Positions 1 to 9,819 of a DNA stretch of 64,000 nt are shown here, one piece after another. The DNA comes from Actinomycetota bacterium. GTDB taxonomy: Bacteria > Actinomycetota > Acidimicrobiia > Acidimicrobiales > Aldehydirespiratoraceae. The notes beneath the pieces were generated by a model, which saw only the letters and a program-made list of their open reading frames with translations, did no database searches and was not told the DNA's origin. The translations under genes were made by a program, and so were the position numbers. Location of the stretch: the NCBI GenBank assembly GCA_029979265.1, contig JAPOHW010000010.1, forward strand, positions 44,689 to 108,688. The letters run 5' to 3'. Numbering within the stretch: the stretch's first letter is position 1; each line of letters starts with the position of its first letter.

Positions 1-1
1 T

Positions 2-247
2 CTCGCATTCGACGAAGAACATGCGCTCGGTGCGGCGGCCGAGGCGGTTGGCTTTCCCGCCGGTCATGCGTCTGCTCAGCTCGGCTGGCGAGGTCTGCGC
101 AGCAGGCCGACCTGGCGGATCCTGCTCTACAGCAACGAGGCGGTCCCCGAGAGTCGGGGCCTTGTGATGGTCGACGGCGTCGATGGCGAGATCATCGACC
201 AGTTCGTCGAGAAGAACCCCGAGGACTGGACGAGCTACCAGGGCTGA
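2..247 (+). CDS. 3' end of an unidentified protein-coding gene (5'-truncated by window edge)
   Basis: Frame 2 is open from the window edge to TGA 245-247 with high GC3. The tail reads ...ILLYSNEAVPESRGLVMVDGVDGEIIDQFVEKNPEDWTSYQG. No family recognised. Confidence 0.4.
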   Translation, partial: LAFDEEHALGAAAEAVGFPAGHASAQLGWRGLRSRPTWRILLYSNEAVPESRGLVMVDGVDGEIIDQFVEKNPEDWTSYQG

Positions 248-358
248 TCCACTCGCTCGGGTCGGGAGTGTCGACTCGTGTCGAGTCCGCCCGCCGTACT
301 CGGGGAGGTGCGCGGTCGGCTGCTAGCATGGCTCGGTACCCCACCCGGGAGTTGTCTC

Positions 359-1048
359 ATGTTCGACGGCAACCTGCGCGAACAGGTCGACAGAGGGCTC
401 GTGCCCATCGGTCGCAGTCTCGTCAAGACGGGCATCACGCCCAACGTCATCACCATCATCGGCATCGTCATGAGTTGTGTCGCCGCCGTCACCATCGGAG
501 CGGGGTACCTCCGTCTCGGGTTCCTCTTCCTGCTGCTCACCGGTATTCCCGACGCTCTCGACGGTGCAGTTGCTCGGGCCGCCGGCACCGGGTCCAAACG
601 CGGCGCCTACTTCGACTCGGTCTCCGATCGCCTGACCGACGGCATGCTCTTCGGCGGCGTTGCGTGGTATCTGGCCAGCAACGAGCCGGGCCGCATCATG
701 ATGTTGCCCGTCGCCATCATGGGCCTCGCCATGTTCATCTCGTACCAGCGGGCCAAAGCCGAGTCGCTCGGGTGGGACGCCAAGGGCGGGATCATGGAAC
801 GCGCCGAGCGGATCATCGTGCTCGCCTTCGCCCTGTTGTTCCCCGAACTGCTCATCCCGACCCTGTGGGTGATGCTGGTACTCACCACGATCACCGCCGC
901 CCAACGATTCGCAAAGGTCTGGAAGCAGGCATCGGTCGATGCGCCCGTCCCGCCGAGCAGGCAGCGTCGAATCCCTCGTCGTCAGCGCGCCTCGGAGCCG
1001 CAATGGCGACAGCGCATGCAGGCCCGCAGGGCGGCTCGCCAGAGCTGA
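359..1048 (+). CDS. pgsA: CDP-alcohol phosphatidyltransferase (phosphatidylinositol-phosphate synthase type)
   Basis: Carries the CDP-OH-P transferase signature DALDGAVAR...GAYFDSVSDRLTD and multiple TM segments. Start moved to ATG 359 (GGGAG 7 nt upstream) inside ORF 278-1048. Sits in the pgsA-acyltransferase-pimA triad known from mycobacteria. Confidence 0.85.
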   Translation: MFDGNLREQVDRGLVPIGRSLVKTGITPNVITIIGIVMSCVAAVTIGAGYLRLGFLFLLLTGIPDALDGAVARAAGTGSKRGAYFDSVSDRLTDGMLFGGVAWYLASNEPGRIMMLPVAIMGLAMFISYQRAKAESLGWDAKGGIMERAERIIVLAFALLFPELLIPTLWVMLVLTTITAAQRFAKVWKQASVDAPVPPSRQRRIPRRQRASEPQWRQRMQARRAARQS

Positions 1049-1076
1049 TCGATCCGGCGAACGCTTCCTGATCGCG

Positions 1077-2003
1077 ATGGTCGGTGTCGGTGCGTACAAG
1101 GCGGGTGCCTTCCTCGCCCGCCGTGTCCCGGATGGCGTTGCCACGGCAGCGGCGCGACTGGGGGGCTTCGGTGCGGGGATGCTCGCCGGTGACGCAGGCA
1201 CGATCGTCGGGCGCAACCTCGAGCGGGTCTACGGACGCGAGTTGGGATCGGCTGAGAAGCGTCGAAAGATCGCCGAGACCTTCGAGTGGTACAGCCGGTA
1301 CTACGTCGAGAGTTTCCGCCTCCCCGCGGTCGGGGTCGAGGAACTCGACCGGGGCTTCTCCTACGACGGCGTCGATACGATCGAGAAACACTGTGGTCCG
1401 GGAAAGAGCGGGGCGATCCTGGCTCTTCCCCACCTCGGAACCTGGGAGTGGGCTGCATTCTGGCTCGCTCGGGTGATTGATGTGAAGGTGACTGCGATCG
1501 TCGAGCCGCTGCAACCTCCGGAGCTGTTCGATTGGTTCGTCGGTCTGCGCGAATCGCTCGGAATGGAGATCCATCCGCTTGGTCCGAACGCCTTCAGGCA
1601 GATCCTTGCCGCGCTGAAACAGGGCCATCTGGTGTGTTTGCTGTGCGATCGGGACCTGCAGGGGAGCGGTGTTCCTGTCACCTTCTTCGGAGAGAGAACG
1701 ACTCTTCCGGCCGGGCCCGCAACCTTGGCACTTCGCACAGGGGTGCCCCTGATGCCATCTGCGGTCTACTGGCGCAGCAGTGCGCGGCACGGTCTGTGCG
1801 GGCGTCCCCTCCAGATCGAACGAACGGGTCGACTGCGCGATGACGTGCAGCGCGTCACGCAGATGATCGCCGACGATTTCGAGATGTTGATCCGGCAGGC
1901 ACCCGAACAATGGCACCTGCTGAACCCCAACTGGCCGAGCGACTACGAGGCGCTCGGTCGCGAGATTCCCGAGCATCTGCAAGGCCTGGGCGGGGGGAGA
2001 TAG
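1077..2003 (+). CDS. patA: HtrB/LpxL-family lipid acyltransferase (PIM acyltransferase-like)
   Basis: Lies between pgsA and pimA. Shows acyltransferase-like ALPHLGTWEW and LCDRD motifs. ATG 1077 chosen inside ORF 939-2003, but no clear SD, so the start is uncertain. Confidence 0.8.
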   Translation: MVGVGAYKAGAFLARRVPDGVATAAARLGGFGAGMLAGDAGTIVGRNLERVYGRELGSAEKRRKIAETFEWYSRYYVESFRLPAVGVEELDRGFSYDGVDTIEKHCGPGKSGAILALPHLGTWEWAAFWLARVIDVKVTAIVEPLQPPELFDWFVGLRESLGMEIHPLGPNAFRQILAALKQGHLVCLLCDRDLQGSGVPVTFFGERTTLPAGPATLALRTGVPLMPSAVYWRSSARHGLCGRPLQIERTGRLRDDVQRVTQMIADDFEMLIRQAPEQWHLLNPNWPSDYEALGREIPEHLQGLGGGR

Positions 2004-2006
2004 GCG

Positions 2007-3089
2007 ATGCGGATCGGGATCATCTGCCCGTACAGCCTCACCGTGCCCGGCGGGGTGCAGATGCAGGTCCTCGGCCTTGCCCGTGCGCTGCGCCGGCACG
2101 GCGAGCGCGTGCGGGTGCTCGCCCCATGTGACGGGCCACCGCCCGACGCAGGCGTCACGCCACTCGGCAACAGCCTTCCGACCGCTGCGAACGGATCGAT
2201 CGCACCGATCGCGCCCGACCCAGCCGCGCAATTGCGCGCAGTGCGAGCCATGCGCGACGAGGACTTCGACGTCATCCACATCCACGAGCCGCTTTCGCCG
2301 GGACCGAATCACACCGCGCTGCTCTTGCGGCCCGCGCCAATCATCGGGACCTTCCATGCAGCCGGCGGCAGCCTCGCCTACGACCTCATGCAGCGTGGAG
2401 TGCGGTTTCTCGCCGGTCGACTCGACGACCGGGTGGCGGTGTCCGAAGACGCCCGAAAGATGGCTGAGGAAGCGCTCGGCGGCACCTACGACCTCGTGTT
2501 CAATGGGGTGGAACTCGCCCGCTTCTCGGCAGGGCAGCCGCACCCCACCACCGGTCCGACGATCCTCTTCCTCGGCCGCCACGAGCCCCGCAAAGGGCTT
2601 CGGGTGTTGCTCGATGCCATGGTCGACCTTCCATCCGACACCCGTCTGTGGATCGCAGGGGACGGCCACGAGACTGCCGAACTCAAACAGCGCTACGCGG
2701 GTGACAGTCGACTCGAATGGTTGGGAACGATCAGCGAAAGCGAAAAAGTCGCCCGTCTCCAGGGCGCCGACGTGTTCTGTGCCCCCTCGTTGCACGGCGA
2801 ATCGTTCGGCATCGTGCTTCTCGAGGCCATGGCGGCGGGTACTGCGGTGGTGGCCGGAGACATTCCGGGCTACGCCAACGTCGCTCGCCACGGACGTGAC
2901 GCCCTGTTGGTGCCGCCGAACGACGCTCGCTCGCTCGCCGACGCGATTCGACTCGCCTTGAACGATGCAGCACAACGGGAGCGACTGATCGACTCGGGCC
3001 TCAAGCGGGCGGAGGAGTTCTCGATGGCGCGGCTGGCCGAGGTGTACTTGGCCCGCTACGAGCGTCTCATCGCCCAGGCAGCCGTCTGA
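2007..3089 (+). CDS. pimA: GT4 family glycosyltransferase (phosphatidylinositol mannosyltransferase-like)
   Basis: GT4 motifs GRHEPRKG and GESFGIVLLEAMAAG. Purine-rich GGGGGGAGA lies upstream of ATG 2007. Third member of the PIM triad. Confidence 0.85.
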   Translation: MRIGIICPYSLTVPGGVQMQVLGLARALRRHGERVRVLAPCDGPPPDAGVTPLGNSLPTAANGSIAPIAPDPAAQLRAVRAMRDEDFDVIHIHEPLSPGPNHTALLLRPAPIIGTFHAAGGSLAYDLMQRGVRFLAGRLDDRVAVSEDARKMAEEALGGTYDLVFNGVELARFSAGQPHPTTGPTILFLGRHEPRKGLRVLLDAMVDLPSDTRLWIAGDGHETAELKQRYAGDSRLEWLGTISESEKVARLQGADVFCAPSLHGESFGIVLLEAMAAGTAVVAGDIPGYANVARHGRDALLVPPNDARSLADAIRLALNDAAQRERLIDSGLKRAEEFSMARLAEVYLARYERLIAQAAV

Positions 3090-3118
3090 TCGCGGGCTTC
3101 CCGAGCGTTCTGGTTCGG

Positions 3119-3124
3119 TACAGT
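3119..3124 (+). promoter_or_regulatory. -10-like box TACAGT upstream of lemA (leadered, about 45 nt to the ATG)
   Basis: TAnnnT hexamer in the 80-nt pimA-lemA gap. GGAGG lies downstream. Confidence 0.3.
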
Positions 3125-3169
3125 GATGGTCGCAGCGGTGATCACCGCCATTCGGAGGTCGTACCCAAC

Positions 3170-3721
3170 ATGATCATCTTCCTGGTTCTGCTCGGCATCG
3201 TGTTGCTGCTGGTCGTTTGGGTGATCAGCCTCTACAACAACCTCGTGAAGCTTCGGAACCGTATCGAGAACGCATGGGCGCAGATCGATGTGCAACTGAA
3301 GCGCCGTTGGGATCTGATCCCCAACCTGGTCGAGACCGTCAAGGGATATGCGGATCACGAACGGGAGACGCTTGAGGCGGTCATCGAGGCCCGCAACGCA
3401 GCAACCTCTGCGTCGGGGCCCCAGGAGTCCGCCGCCAACGAGAACATCCTCAGCGGTGCCTTGCGTCAGTTGTTCGCGGTCAGCGAGGCGTACCCGGATC
3501 TGAAGGCGAACCAGAACTTCCTCGAGTTGCAGGAAGAACTCACCGGTACCGAGGGTCGTATCGCCTACGCCCGCCAGCACTACAACGATCAGGTGCTGAA
3601 GTACAACACGGCGATCGAGACCTTCCCGGCGGTGGTGATTGCCGGAGCGCTGCGCTTCACCGAGCGCGAGTACTTCGAAGCCGACGACGAATCGCGCGGC
3701 ACCGTGTCCGTCGAATTCTGA
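3170..3721 (+). CDS. lemA: LemA family membrane protein
   Basis: N-terminal TM helix followed by YNNLVKLRNRIENAWAQIDVQLKRRWDLIPNLVETVKGYA. GGAGG lies upstream. Confidence 0.9.
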   Translation: MIIFLVLLGIVLLLVVWVISLYNNLVKLRNRIENAWAQIDVQLKRRWDLIPNLVETVKGYADHERETLEAVIEARNAATSASGPQESAANENILSGALRQLFAVSEAYPDLKANQNFLELQEELTGTEGRIAYARQHYNDQVLKYNTAIETFPAVVIAGALRFTEREYFEADDESRGTVSVEF

Positions 3722-3753
3722 GCCGAGCTCCTGATCAAGCGAAAGGTCGCCTG

Positions 3754-4461
3754 ATGCCCTCCGTGTCTGCCCCAGCGATCGCGTCGATCCCCGCCTTCCT
3801 CGTGGGGATCGTGGTGCTGCTTGTGCTCGTTTCCGTCGACCTGATCGTCGCGCTCGCCGCCGCGGTCGGATTGGCTGCCCTCACCCTGGCGTTGGTGCAG
3901 CGAACCGCTACCAGTCGTGTGCTCTCGTCGCTCGCTGCCGAGCAACTCGACGACGGTGTGGCGCCGCGCCTCGAGAGCCTGGTCGAGTCGATCTGTGCCA
4001 GCCATGGCATCAACGAACCATCCCTGTACCTCGCGAAGACGTCGGCCGTGGACGCTGCGGTCGTCGGCCGCTCCGACGACACCCGTCTCGTCGTCACCCA
4101 GGGTCTGCTCGATCGGCTCGATCGACTCGAACTCGAAGCAGTCGTCGCGCGTCAGCTCTCGATGTTCGGCTCCGGTGTGTTCTCCGGGACCGTGCTCGCC
4201 TCGGTCGGCAGCCTGCTCGGCCCGCTCGGGGGCCGCCTCCGTGCACGATTGCTCGACGGTCGCCGGTTCGTGATCGCCGATTTCGATGCCGTGGGAGTGA
4301 CCAGGTATCCACCTGCACTCGCCTCCGCGTTCTCCAAGGCGTTGGAAAGTGCTCGCGTGACGCATCGGGCGGCCTCTGATCACCTGTGGATGATCGGAAG
4401 CGGAACCGATCCCGTTCAGCCCGATCTCGCTGAACGGGTCGATGCGCTGCTGGAACTGTGA
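3754..4461 (+). CDS. M48/HtpX-like membrane protein with degenerate active site (predicted inactive)
   Basis: N-terminal TM segments. LVVTQGLLDRLDRLELEAVVARQLSMF resembles the M48 block ending in HExxH, but reads RQLSM (nt 4150-4164). The downstream E..AD region reads RRFVIAD. GAAAGG lies upstream of the ATG. Confidence 0.6.
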   Translation: MPSVSAPAIASIPAFLVGIVVLLVLVSVDLIVALAAAVGLAALTLALVQRTATSRVLSSLAAEQLDDGVAPRLESLVESICASHGINEPSLYLAKTSAVDAAVVGRSDDTRLVVTQGLLDRLDRLELEAVVARQLSMFGSGVFSGTVLASVGSLLGPLGGRLRARLLDGRRFVIADFDAVGVTRYPPALASAFSKALESARVTHRAASDHLWMIGSGTDPVQPDLAERVDALLEL

Positions 4462-5606
4462 CGGTGGCGCCGCATCGGCATCGTTTCGTCCTGTTGTCGA
4501 TGGCTCTCGCCCTCGCAGCGGCATCGTGCGGAGCCGAGGACGACGGTGCTGTCGACGAGCAAGGCCAACGCAACGATGCCCCGGGGCTCGAGCAATCCGA
4601 CGGTGAGGACCGACCCTCGAACGCTGATGAGCCGACGGAGTCGGCAGAACCACCGTCTCGCATCGAGCCTGGTCCCAAGGCCACCCTCACCGGGCTTGCG
4701 GCTGATGCATCGCTTGCATCGACCCCTGCAGTCGTCGTGAAGATTTCCAACAACGATGATCGGAGTGTCGCAGCGCTGATCGGAATCGACCGCGCCGACA
4801 TCGTGATCGAGGAGCGGATCGAAGATCGAGCGACACGCTTCGCTGCAATATTTCACTCCGACCTTCCTGCATTGGTCGGCCCGGTGCGCTCGGCCCGAAC
4901 CACCGATGTCGATCTCATGCGCAATCTCGGCTCGCCGATCCTCGTCTTCTCCGGCGCCAACATTTCGGTCCTCAGCGAGATACGGGACCTTTCACGCGAC
5001 GGTGGCGTCGTGCCCGTCGTCAACGACGACTCCGAGACCTACCACTACCGCGACGGCGACTACTCGGCGCCCGACAATCTGTTCACCGATGTGGTCCTCG
5101 TCGGTGCGGATTTCGCCGAGGCTGCCGGTGCTGCCATGCCGATACTGGCCTTTCGCACCAACGAATCCGACACCCGTTCAGCGAGCATCGATGGCACGGG
5201 GGTGACCATCGAGGGTCGCGACGTCGTGAGCTTCGTCCATCACGGCGTCCTTGGGTACGTCCGCGTGCAGGACGGTGCTGTCCACCTCACTCGCGATGGC
5301 GTACCGCTCACCGCCACCAACGTCGTGGTGATGGAGGTCGACTACGTCACCAACGCCGACGATGCCCAGTCGGTCGATGCGGTCACCACCGGAACCGGCC
5401 TTGTCAACGTATTGATCGACGGCCGACGGTGGGAGGGAACCTGGGTGCGCGAATCGGCGGAGGAGTCGTACTCGTTCTTCGATCGCAACGGGGTGGAGGT
5501 CGTGCTCGAACCAGGAACGACCTGGTTGACCCTTGTGCCGAAGGGCGCCTACCGCTTCGAAGTGGAGGCCGAGATCGTCGGTCTCGTAGCCGGGGGCGCC
5601 GGATAG
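4458..5606 (+). CDS. DUF3048 (YerB-like) lipoprotein
   Basis: Signal peptide with lipobox LAAASC. DUF3048-like core [13 protein letters not shown]...[24 protein letters not shown] overlap with the upstream gene. Confidence 0.75.
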   Translation: MTVAPHRHRFVLLSMALALAAASCGAEDDGAVDEQGQRNDAPGLEQSDGEDRPSNADEPTESAEPPSRIEPGPKATLTGLAADASLASTPAVVVKISNNDDRSVAALIGIDRADIVIEERIEDRATRFAAIFHSDLPALVGPVRSARTTDVDLMRNLGSPILVFSGANISVLSEIRDLSRDGGVVPVVNDDSETYHYRDGDYSAPDNLFTDVVLVGADFAEAAGAAMPILAFRTNESDTRSASIDGTGVTIEGRDVVSFVHHGVLGYVRVQDGAVHLTRDGVPLTATNVVVMEVDYVTNADDAQSVDAVTTGTGLVNVLIDGRRWEGTWVRESAEESYSFFDRNGVEVVLEPGTTWLTLVPKGAYRFEVEAEIVGLVAGGAG

Positions 5607-5609
5607 AGT
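5604..5609 (+). promoter_or_regulatory. -10-like box TAGAGT, 7 nt before pdxS ATG 5617 (leaderless candidate)
   Basis: GGATAGAGT is identical to the ruvC box. The hexamer contains the TAG stop of the upstream gene. Confidence 0.45.
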
Positions 5610-5616
5610 TTTGAGC

Positions 5617-6507
5617 ATGACCGAGACGAATCGTGCAACTGGTAGCCCCCTCGTCAAGCGGGGCCTCGCCGAGATGCTCAAGGGTGGCGTCATCATGGAT
5701 GTTGTCAACCCTGAACAGGCCCGCGTCGCTGAAGATGCCGGTGCTGTGGCCGTGATGGCGCTGGAGCGAGTGCCCTCCGACATCCGCAAGGACGGTGGCG
5801 TGTCCCGCATGTCCGACCCCGAGATGATCAGTGGCATCCAGGCAACGGTGTCGATCCCGGTGATGGCCAAAGCTCGCATCGGTCACTTCGCCGAGGCGCA
5901 GATCCTGCAGGCGCTCGATGTCGATTACATCGACGAGTCCGAGGTGCTCACCCCGGCCGACGAAACCCACCACATCGACAAATGGGCGTTCGACGTACCG
6001 TTCGTGTGCGGGGCAACGAACCTCGGCGAAGCGCTGCGTCGCATCAGCGAGGGTGCATGCATGATTCGCTCGAAAGGTGAGGCCGGGACCGGAAACGTCG
6101 TCGAAGCGGTCCGTCACATTCGCTCGATCGTCGGTGACATCAAGAAGATCGGTCAGGCTGACGAAGCCGAGTTGTTCGAGTGGGCCAAGCAACTCCGGGC
6201 CCCGCTGCCGCTCGTGCAGGAGATTGCCGAGACTGGCGAACTGCCCGTCCCGCTGTTTTGTGCCGGGGGCCTGTCGACGCCTGCCGACGCATCGCTTGTC
6301 ATGCAACTCGGTGCGCAGGCGGTGTTCGTCGGTTCGGGCATCTTCAAGTCCGATGAGCCAGCGAAGATGGCGGCGGCCATCGTCGAGGCCGCAACGCACT
6401 ATCAGGACCCGGATATTCTCGTGAAAGTCTCGACCGGTCTCGGCGATGCCATGAAAGGCCTCGAGATCGCCACGCTCGAGACGAAGCTCGCCGAGCGGGG
6501 TTGGTGA
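5617..6507 (+). CDS. pdxS: Pyridoxal 5'-phosphate synthase lyase subunit
   Basis: [42 protein letters not shown] 5617 preferred over TTG 5611 because TAGAGT lies 7 nt upstream. Confidence 0.95.
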   Translation: MTETNRATGSPLVKRGLAEMLKGGVIMDVVNPEQARVAEDAGAVAVMALERVPSDIRKDGGVSRMSDPEMISGIQATVSIPVMAKARIGHFAEAQILQALDVDYIDESEVLTPADETHHIDKWAFDVPFVCGATNLGEALRRISEGACMIRSKGEAGTGNVVEAVRHIRSIVGDIKKIGQADEAELFEWAKQLRAPLPLVQEIAETGELPVPLFCAGGLSTPADASLVMQLGAQAVFVGSGIFKSDEPAKMAAAIVEAATHYQDPDILVKVSTGLGDAMKGLEIATLETKLAERGW

Positions 6508-7094
6508 GTCGCACCGTCGGCGTCCTCGCCCTGCAGGGGGCGTTTGCCGCGCACAGTGCGGTTCTTCGATCGCTCGGCATCGACACGGTCGAGGTGCGGA
6601 CTGCCGAGCAGCTTGCCTGTGTCGACGCGCTTGTCCTTCCCGGTGGCGAATCGACCACCATGTCGATGCTGCTGGAGAGGTTCGGAGTGCTCGAACCCCT
6701 CCGCAGTCGGATTCACGACGATCGACTCCCCGTTCTCGGTACGTGCGCGGGATTGATTCTTCTCGCCGACGAGATTCTCGACGGCCGTGCCGATCAGCAC
6801 TGCCTCAAGGCGCTGCCGCTTTCGGCGCGTCGCAACGGATACGGGCGCCAGCTCGCCAGCTTCGAGACCGACCTCGACATCATCGGCCTCGACGCGCCGT
6901 TCCACGGCATCTTCATCCGGGCTCCGATCGTGGAACGCATCGGCGATGCGGTGGAGGTTCTCGCCGAGGTCGATGGCCAACCCGTACTGTGCCGTTACGA
7001 GGGCGTTACGGTGGCGTCATTCCACCCTGAGTTGGCGGGTGATGCCCGACTGCACAGGCAGTGGTTGAGCGACGCCGGTCTGATCACGGGCTAG
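6504..7094 (+). CDS. pdxT: Pyridoxal 5'-phosphate synthase glutaminase subunit
   Basis: [10 protein letters not shown]...[15 protein letters not shown] 6504 overlaps the pdxS stop (GTGA). Confidence 0.92.
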   Translation: MSRTVGVLALQGAFAAHSAVLRSLGIDTVEVRTAEQLACVDALVLPGGESTTMSMLLERFGVLEPLRSRIHDDRLPVLGTCAGLILLADEILDGRADQHCLKALPLSARRNGYGRQLASFETDLDIIGLDAPFHGIFIRAPIVERIGDAVEVLAEVDGQPVLCRYEGVTVASFHPELAGDARLHRQWLSDAGLITG

Positions 7095-7124
7095 CGCCGA
7101 ATCGAGTCGAGGAGGACGTCCCAC

Positions 7125-7874
7125 ATGAGCGGTCATTCCAAGTGGGCAACCATCAAGCACAAGAAGGGCGCTGCCGACGTCAAGCGGGGGAAGCTCTTCG
7201 CAAAGCTGATCAAACAGGTCGAGGTGGCAGCGCGGACCGGTGGTGGCGACCCCGATTCCAACCCCACCTTGCGAACGATGTTCCAGAAGGCGCGCGACAA
7301 CTCGGTACCGCTCGACACGATCGAGCGGGCGGTCAAGCGGGGCACCGGCGAGCTGGAGGGGGTCAACTACGAGACGATCACCTATGAGGGATACGCGCCC
7401 GGTGGGATCGCACTCCTCATCGAATGTCTCACCGACAACCGGAACCGCACATCGGGTGACGTGCGTTCCACGCTGTCGAAAAACGGTGGGTCGCTCGCCG
7501 AACCCGGTGCTGTGTCGTGGCAGTTCGAACGCAAGGGTGTTGTGCTCGTGCCGACCTCGGTTGACGAGGACGAGGTGATGCTCGCTGCTCTCGATGCCGG
7601 CGCCGAAGACATCGTCGACGAAGGCGAGATGTGGCGAGTCACCACCCCGCCATCGGAGCTCCCCGTGGTCAGGGAGGCGCTCGAGGCAGCAGGTATTGCC
7701 GTGGAATCCGCCGATCTGGCGATGCTGCCGACATCGACAGTCGAGGTGACCGATGTCGGGGCGGTCAAGCAACTCCTGAAGTTGATGGACCTGCTCGACG
7801 ACCTCGACGACGTCCAGGATGTCCACGGCAACATGGACGTTGCCGACGAACTGATGGACGAAGCCTCAGCCTGA
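7125..7874 (+). CDS. yebC: YebC/PmpR family DNA-binding transcriptional regulator
   Basis: MSGHSKWATIKHKKGAADVKRGKLFAKLIK. GAGGAGG SD upstream. Confidence 0.95.
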   Translation: MSGHSKWATIKHKKGAADVKRGKLFAKLIKQVEVAARTGGGDPDSNPTLRTMFQKARDNSVPLDTIERAVKRGTGELEGVNYETITYEGYAPGGIALLIECLTDNRNRTSGDVRSTLSKNGGSLAEPGAVSWQFERKGVVLVPTSVDEDEVMLAALDAGAEDIVDEGEMWRVTTPPSELPVVREALEAAGIAVESADLAMLPTSTVEVTDVGAVKQLLKLMDLLDDLDDVQDVHGNMDVADELMDEASA

Positions 7875-7915
7875 TCCTGTCTCCCCGGGGGTCGACCGGT
7901 GATCGGACCCGGTGT

Positions 7916-8740
7916 TCAGACCCCGTCGGCCACGCCGAGGAGGCGCTGACGTTTGACTCCCCGCATACCGCGCCAGGTCGAGGTGATGCCGATGCTCCAG
8001 GCGATCGCACCGATCATGACGGTTGTGGTCGTCGTTCCGTAGAGCGCTCCTGACGCCTGGGCATACGAGATTGCGATCAACGGCAGGGTGATGAGGCCCG
8101 ATGCCTGCTGGGCAGCGGCCGTCGACTTCACCTTGCCGGAGAGACGGAGCACGAGTGACAGTCCGATCAGCAAAAAGCCGGGGAGGACCCACAACATCAG
8201 TAGCCACCATTGCTGGGTCGGGAAGAACCAACCACCGACCTCGGGGCCGACGATCAGGTTCACGATCAACGAGTAGGCCGTGAAGCCGACCATCGTCGTG
8301 AAGTAGCCGGGGACGAGCGATGCCATCAGCTTTCCGAGGTAGATCTCGCTCGTGCTGGCGGGGGAGTGGGCGAGGAACTCGCCAGTGCCCCGCTCTCGTT
8401 CACCGACCAGAGATGCGGCGCCGACCGCTGTCGAGATCGTGAGCGGAACGACAACGGCCATCGGCGCAAAAAGGAACACCGCAAGGGCATAGGAGGTTCG
8501 CCCCTGCGGGGTATCTCCCTGGATCTGTTCCTGCGCCTGCGGTGGAAGGACCTCGAGGGTCTCCGCCACGTTCTGGACCGCTGGATTGTCGCCAAGACTG
8601 GCGATCGACAGCAGCAGCACCAGCGGCACTACCACGAAGAAGATGCTGCCGAGAATGCCCATCGGCATCCAGAAGTCCTTCGCCAGAACCAACTGCTTGA
8701 CGTCGGTGCGGGCCACGGTGAACGTTCGGTGCCAGTTCAT
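7916..8740 (-). CDS. ABC-2 type transporter permease
   Basis: Polytopic hydrophobic protein. 4-nt overlap with the upstream ATPase gene. Confidence 0.8.
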   Translation of the reverse strand: MNWHRTFTVARTDVKQLVLAKDFWMPMGILGSIFFVVVPLVLLLSIASLGDNPAVQNVAETLEVLPPQAQEQIQGDTPQGRTSYALAVFLFAPMAVVVPLTISTAVGAASLVGERERGTGEFLAHSPASTSEIYLGKLMASLVPGYFTTMVGFTAYSLIVNLIVGPEVGGWFFPTQQWWLLMLWVLPGFLLIGLSLVLRLSGKVKSTAAAQQASGLITLPLIAISYAQASGALYGTTTTTVMIGAIAWSIGITSTWRGMRGVKRQRLLGVADGV

Positions 8741-9765
8741 CGGGTCACCTTCTCTCGGTCGGACTCGGTGTGAGCTGCCGCCGCTTCACCCTCCGAGAGG
8801 TCGCGGGTCGATCGGCGGACTGCGAAGTAGAGCTCCTCGAGCGAGGGCTCGTGAGGGACGATCTTGCGGATGCGGCAGCCAGTCGCGATCAGTCTTGCCA
8901 CGACGTCGGGGGTGACCGCCGGGTGGTCGAGCACCACGCGGGCCTCCGGGCCCCGGCCGCCTTCACTCGTGGGTTCGATCCGCCGAACACCTGGGAGTTC
9001 CGCAAGGTCCTTGAATGGCGCAACAGAGGCGGGATCGTGTTCGACGGCGATGAGCACCGAGTCTTCCGGCCAGTACTGTCGGACCAGTTCGGCTGGCGCA
9101 CCTGCGACGAGGTCGGTGCCAGCTTCGAGCACCACGATGTGGTCGGCGAGACCCTCTGCCTCGACGAGGTGATGGGTGCACATCACGACCGTGTGGCCGT
9201 CGGCGGTCATTTCTCGGATCAACCCGAGCACGGCTTGGGCCGACTCGGGATCGAGACCCGAGGTCGGTTCGTCGAACAGCAACAGGCGCGGCTCGTGCAG
9301 CACCGAGCGGGCCAGCGCAAGTCGTGTCTTCATACCGGTGGAGTAGCCACCGACCTGCTCGTCGAGGGCGTGCTCGATCCCGAACCGTTCGGCCGAGGCC
9401 ATCACCCGAGCAGCGATGTTCGCCTTGTTGACGCCGTGGAGCTCGGCGGCATACACGAGGTTGTCCCAACCGCTGAGCCGGTCGTAGAGCGCCGGTTTGG
9501 CCGACACGACACCGCAATCGCGACGTACCGCTTCACCGTCGGTGTTGGGGTCGAACCCCAGGGCGCGAATCGAACCGGAATCGGGACTCATCGCTCCGGT
9601 GATGCATCGGATCGCCGTCGTCTTGCCGGCACCGTTCGGGCCGAGCAGGACCGTGATGGTGCCCTGCGGTGCAACCACGGTGAGATCGCAGAGCGCCGGT
9701 TTGTCGTTGAACGACTTGAAAACGCCGTGCAGGGCAACGGCCGGAGTGTGGAGCGACATGGTCAC
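8737..9765 (-). CDS. ABC transporter ATP-binding protein with C-terminal extension
   Basis: Walker [10 protein letters not shown], signature YSTGMKTRL, Walker [13 protein letters not shown]. Start is GTG 9765 or ATG 9759. Confidence 0.9.
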   Translation of the reverse strand: MTMSLHTPAVALHGVFKSFNDKPALCDLTVVAPQGTITVLLGPNGAGKTTAIRCITGAMSPDSGSIRALGFDPNTDGEAVRRDCGVVSAKPALYDRLSGWDNLVYAAELHGVNKANIAARVMASAERFGIEHALDEQVGGYSTGMKTRLALARSVLHEPRLLLFDEPTSGLDPESAQAVLGLIREMTADGHTVVMCTHHLVEAEGLADHIVVLEAGTDLVAGAPAELVRQYWPEDSVLIAVEHDPASVAPFKDLAELPGVRRIEPTSEGGRGPEARVVLDHPAVTPDVVARLIATGCRIRKIVPHEPSLEELYFAVRRSTRDLSEGEAAAAHTESDREKVTR

Positions 9766-9806
9766 GCTTGTTCATCGGCTGCCACCACCGATTCTTGATG
9801 GTCGGA

Positions 9807-9812
9807 TAGAGT
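9807..9812 (+). promoter_or_regulatory. -10-like box TAGAGT, 7 nt before ruvC GTG (leaderless candidate)
   Basis: GGATAGAGT-cgtacat-GTG, no SD. Confidence 0.45.
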
Positions 9813-9819
9813 CGTACAT

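Noticed and set aside
3136-3147. Perfect 12-bp palindrome CGGTGATCACCG in the lemA leader, as a possible operator
   Set aside because: Palindromes of this length are expected many times by chance in 64 kb of biased composition, and there is no second copy or adjacent regulator.
7875-7915. Short GC-rich inverted repeats (CCCCGGGG, GGGTC...GACCC) between the convergent yebC and ABC permease genes, as a repeat element
   Set aside because: The stems are only 5-8 bp and there are no other copies in the window. At most this is a weak bidirectional terminator.
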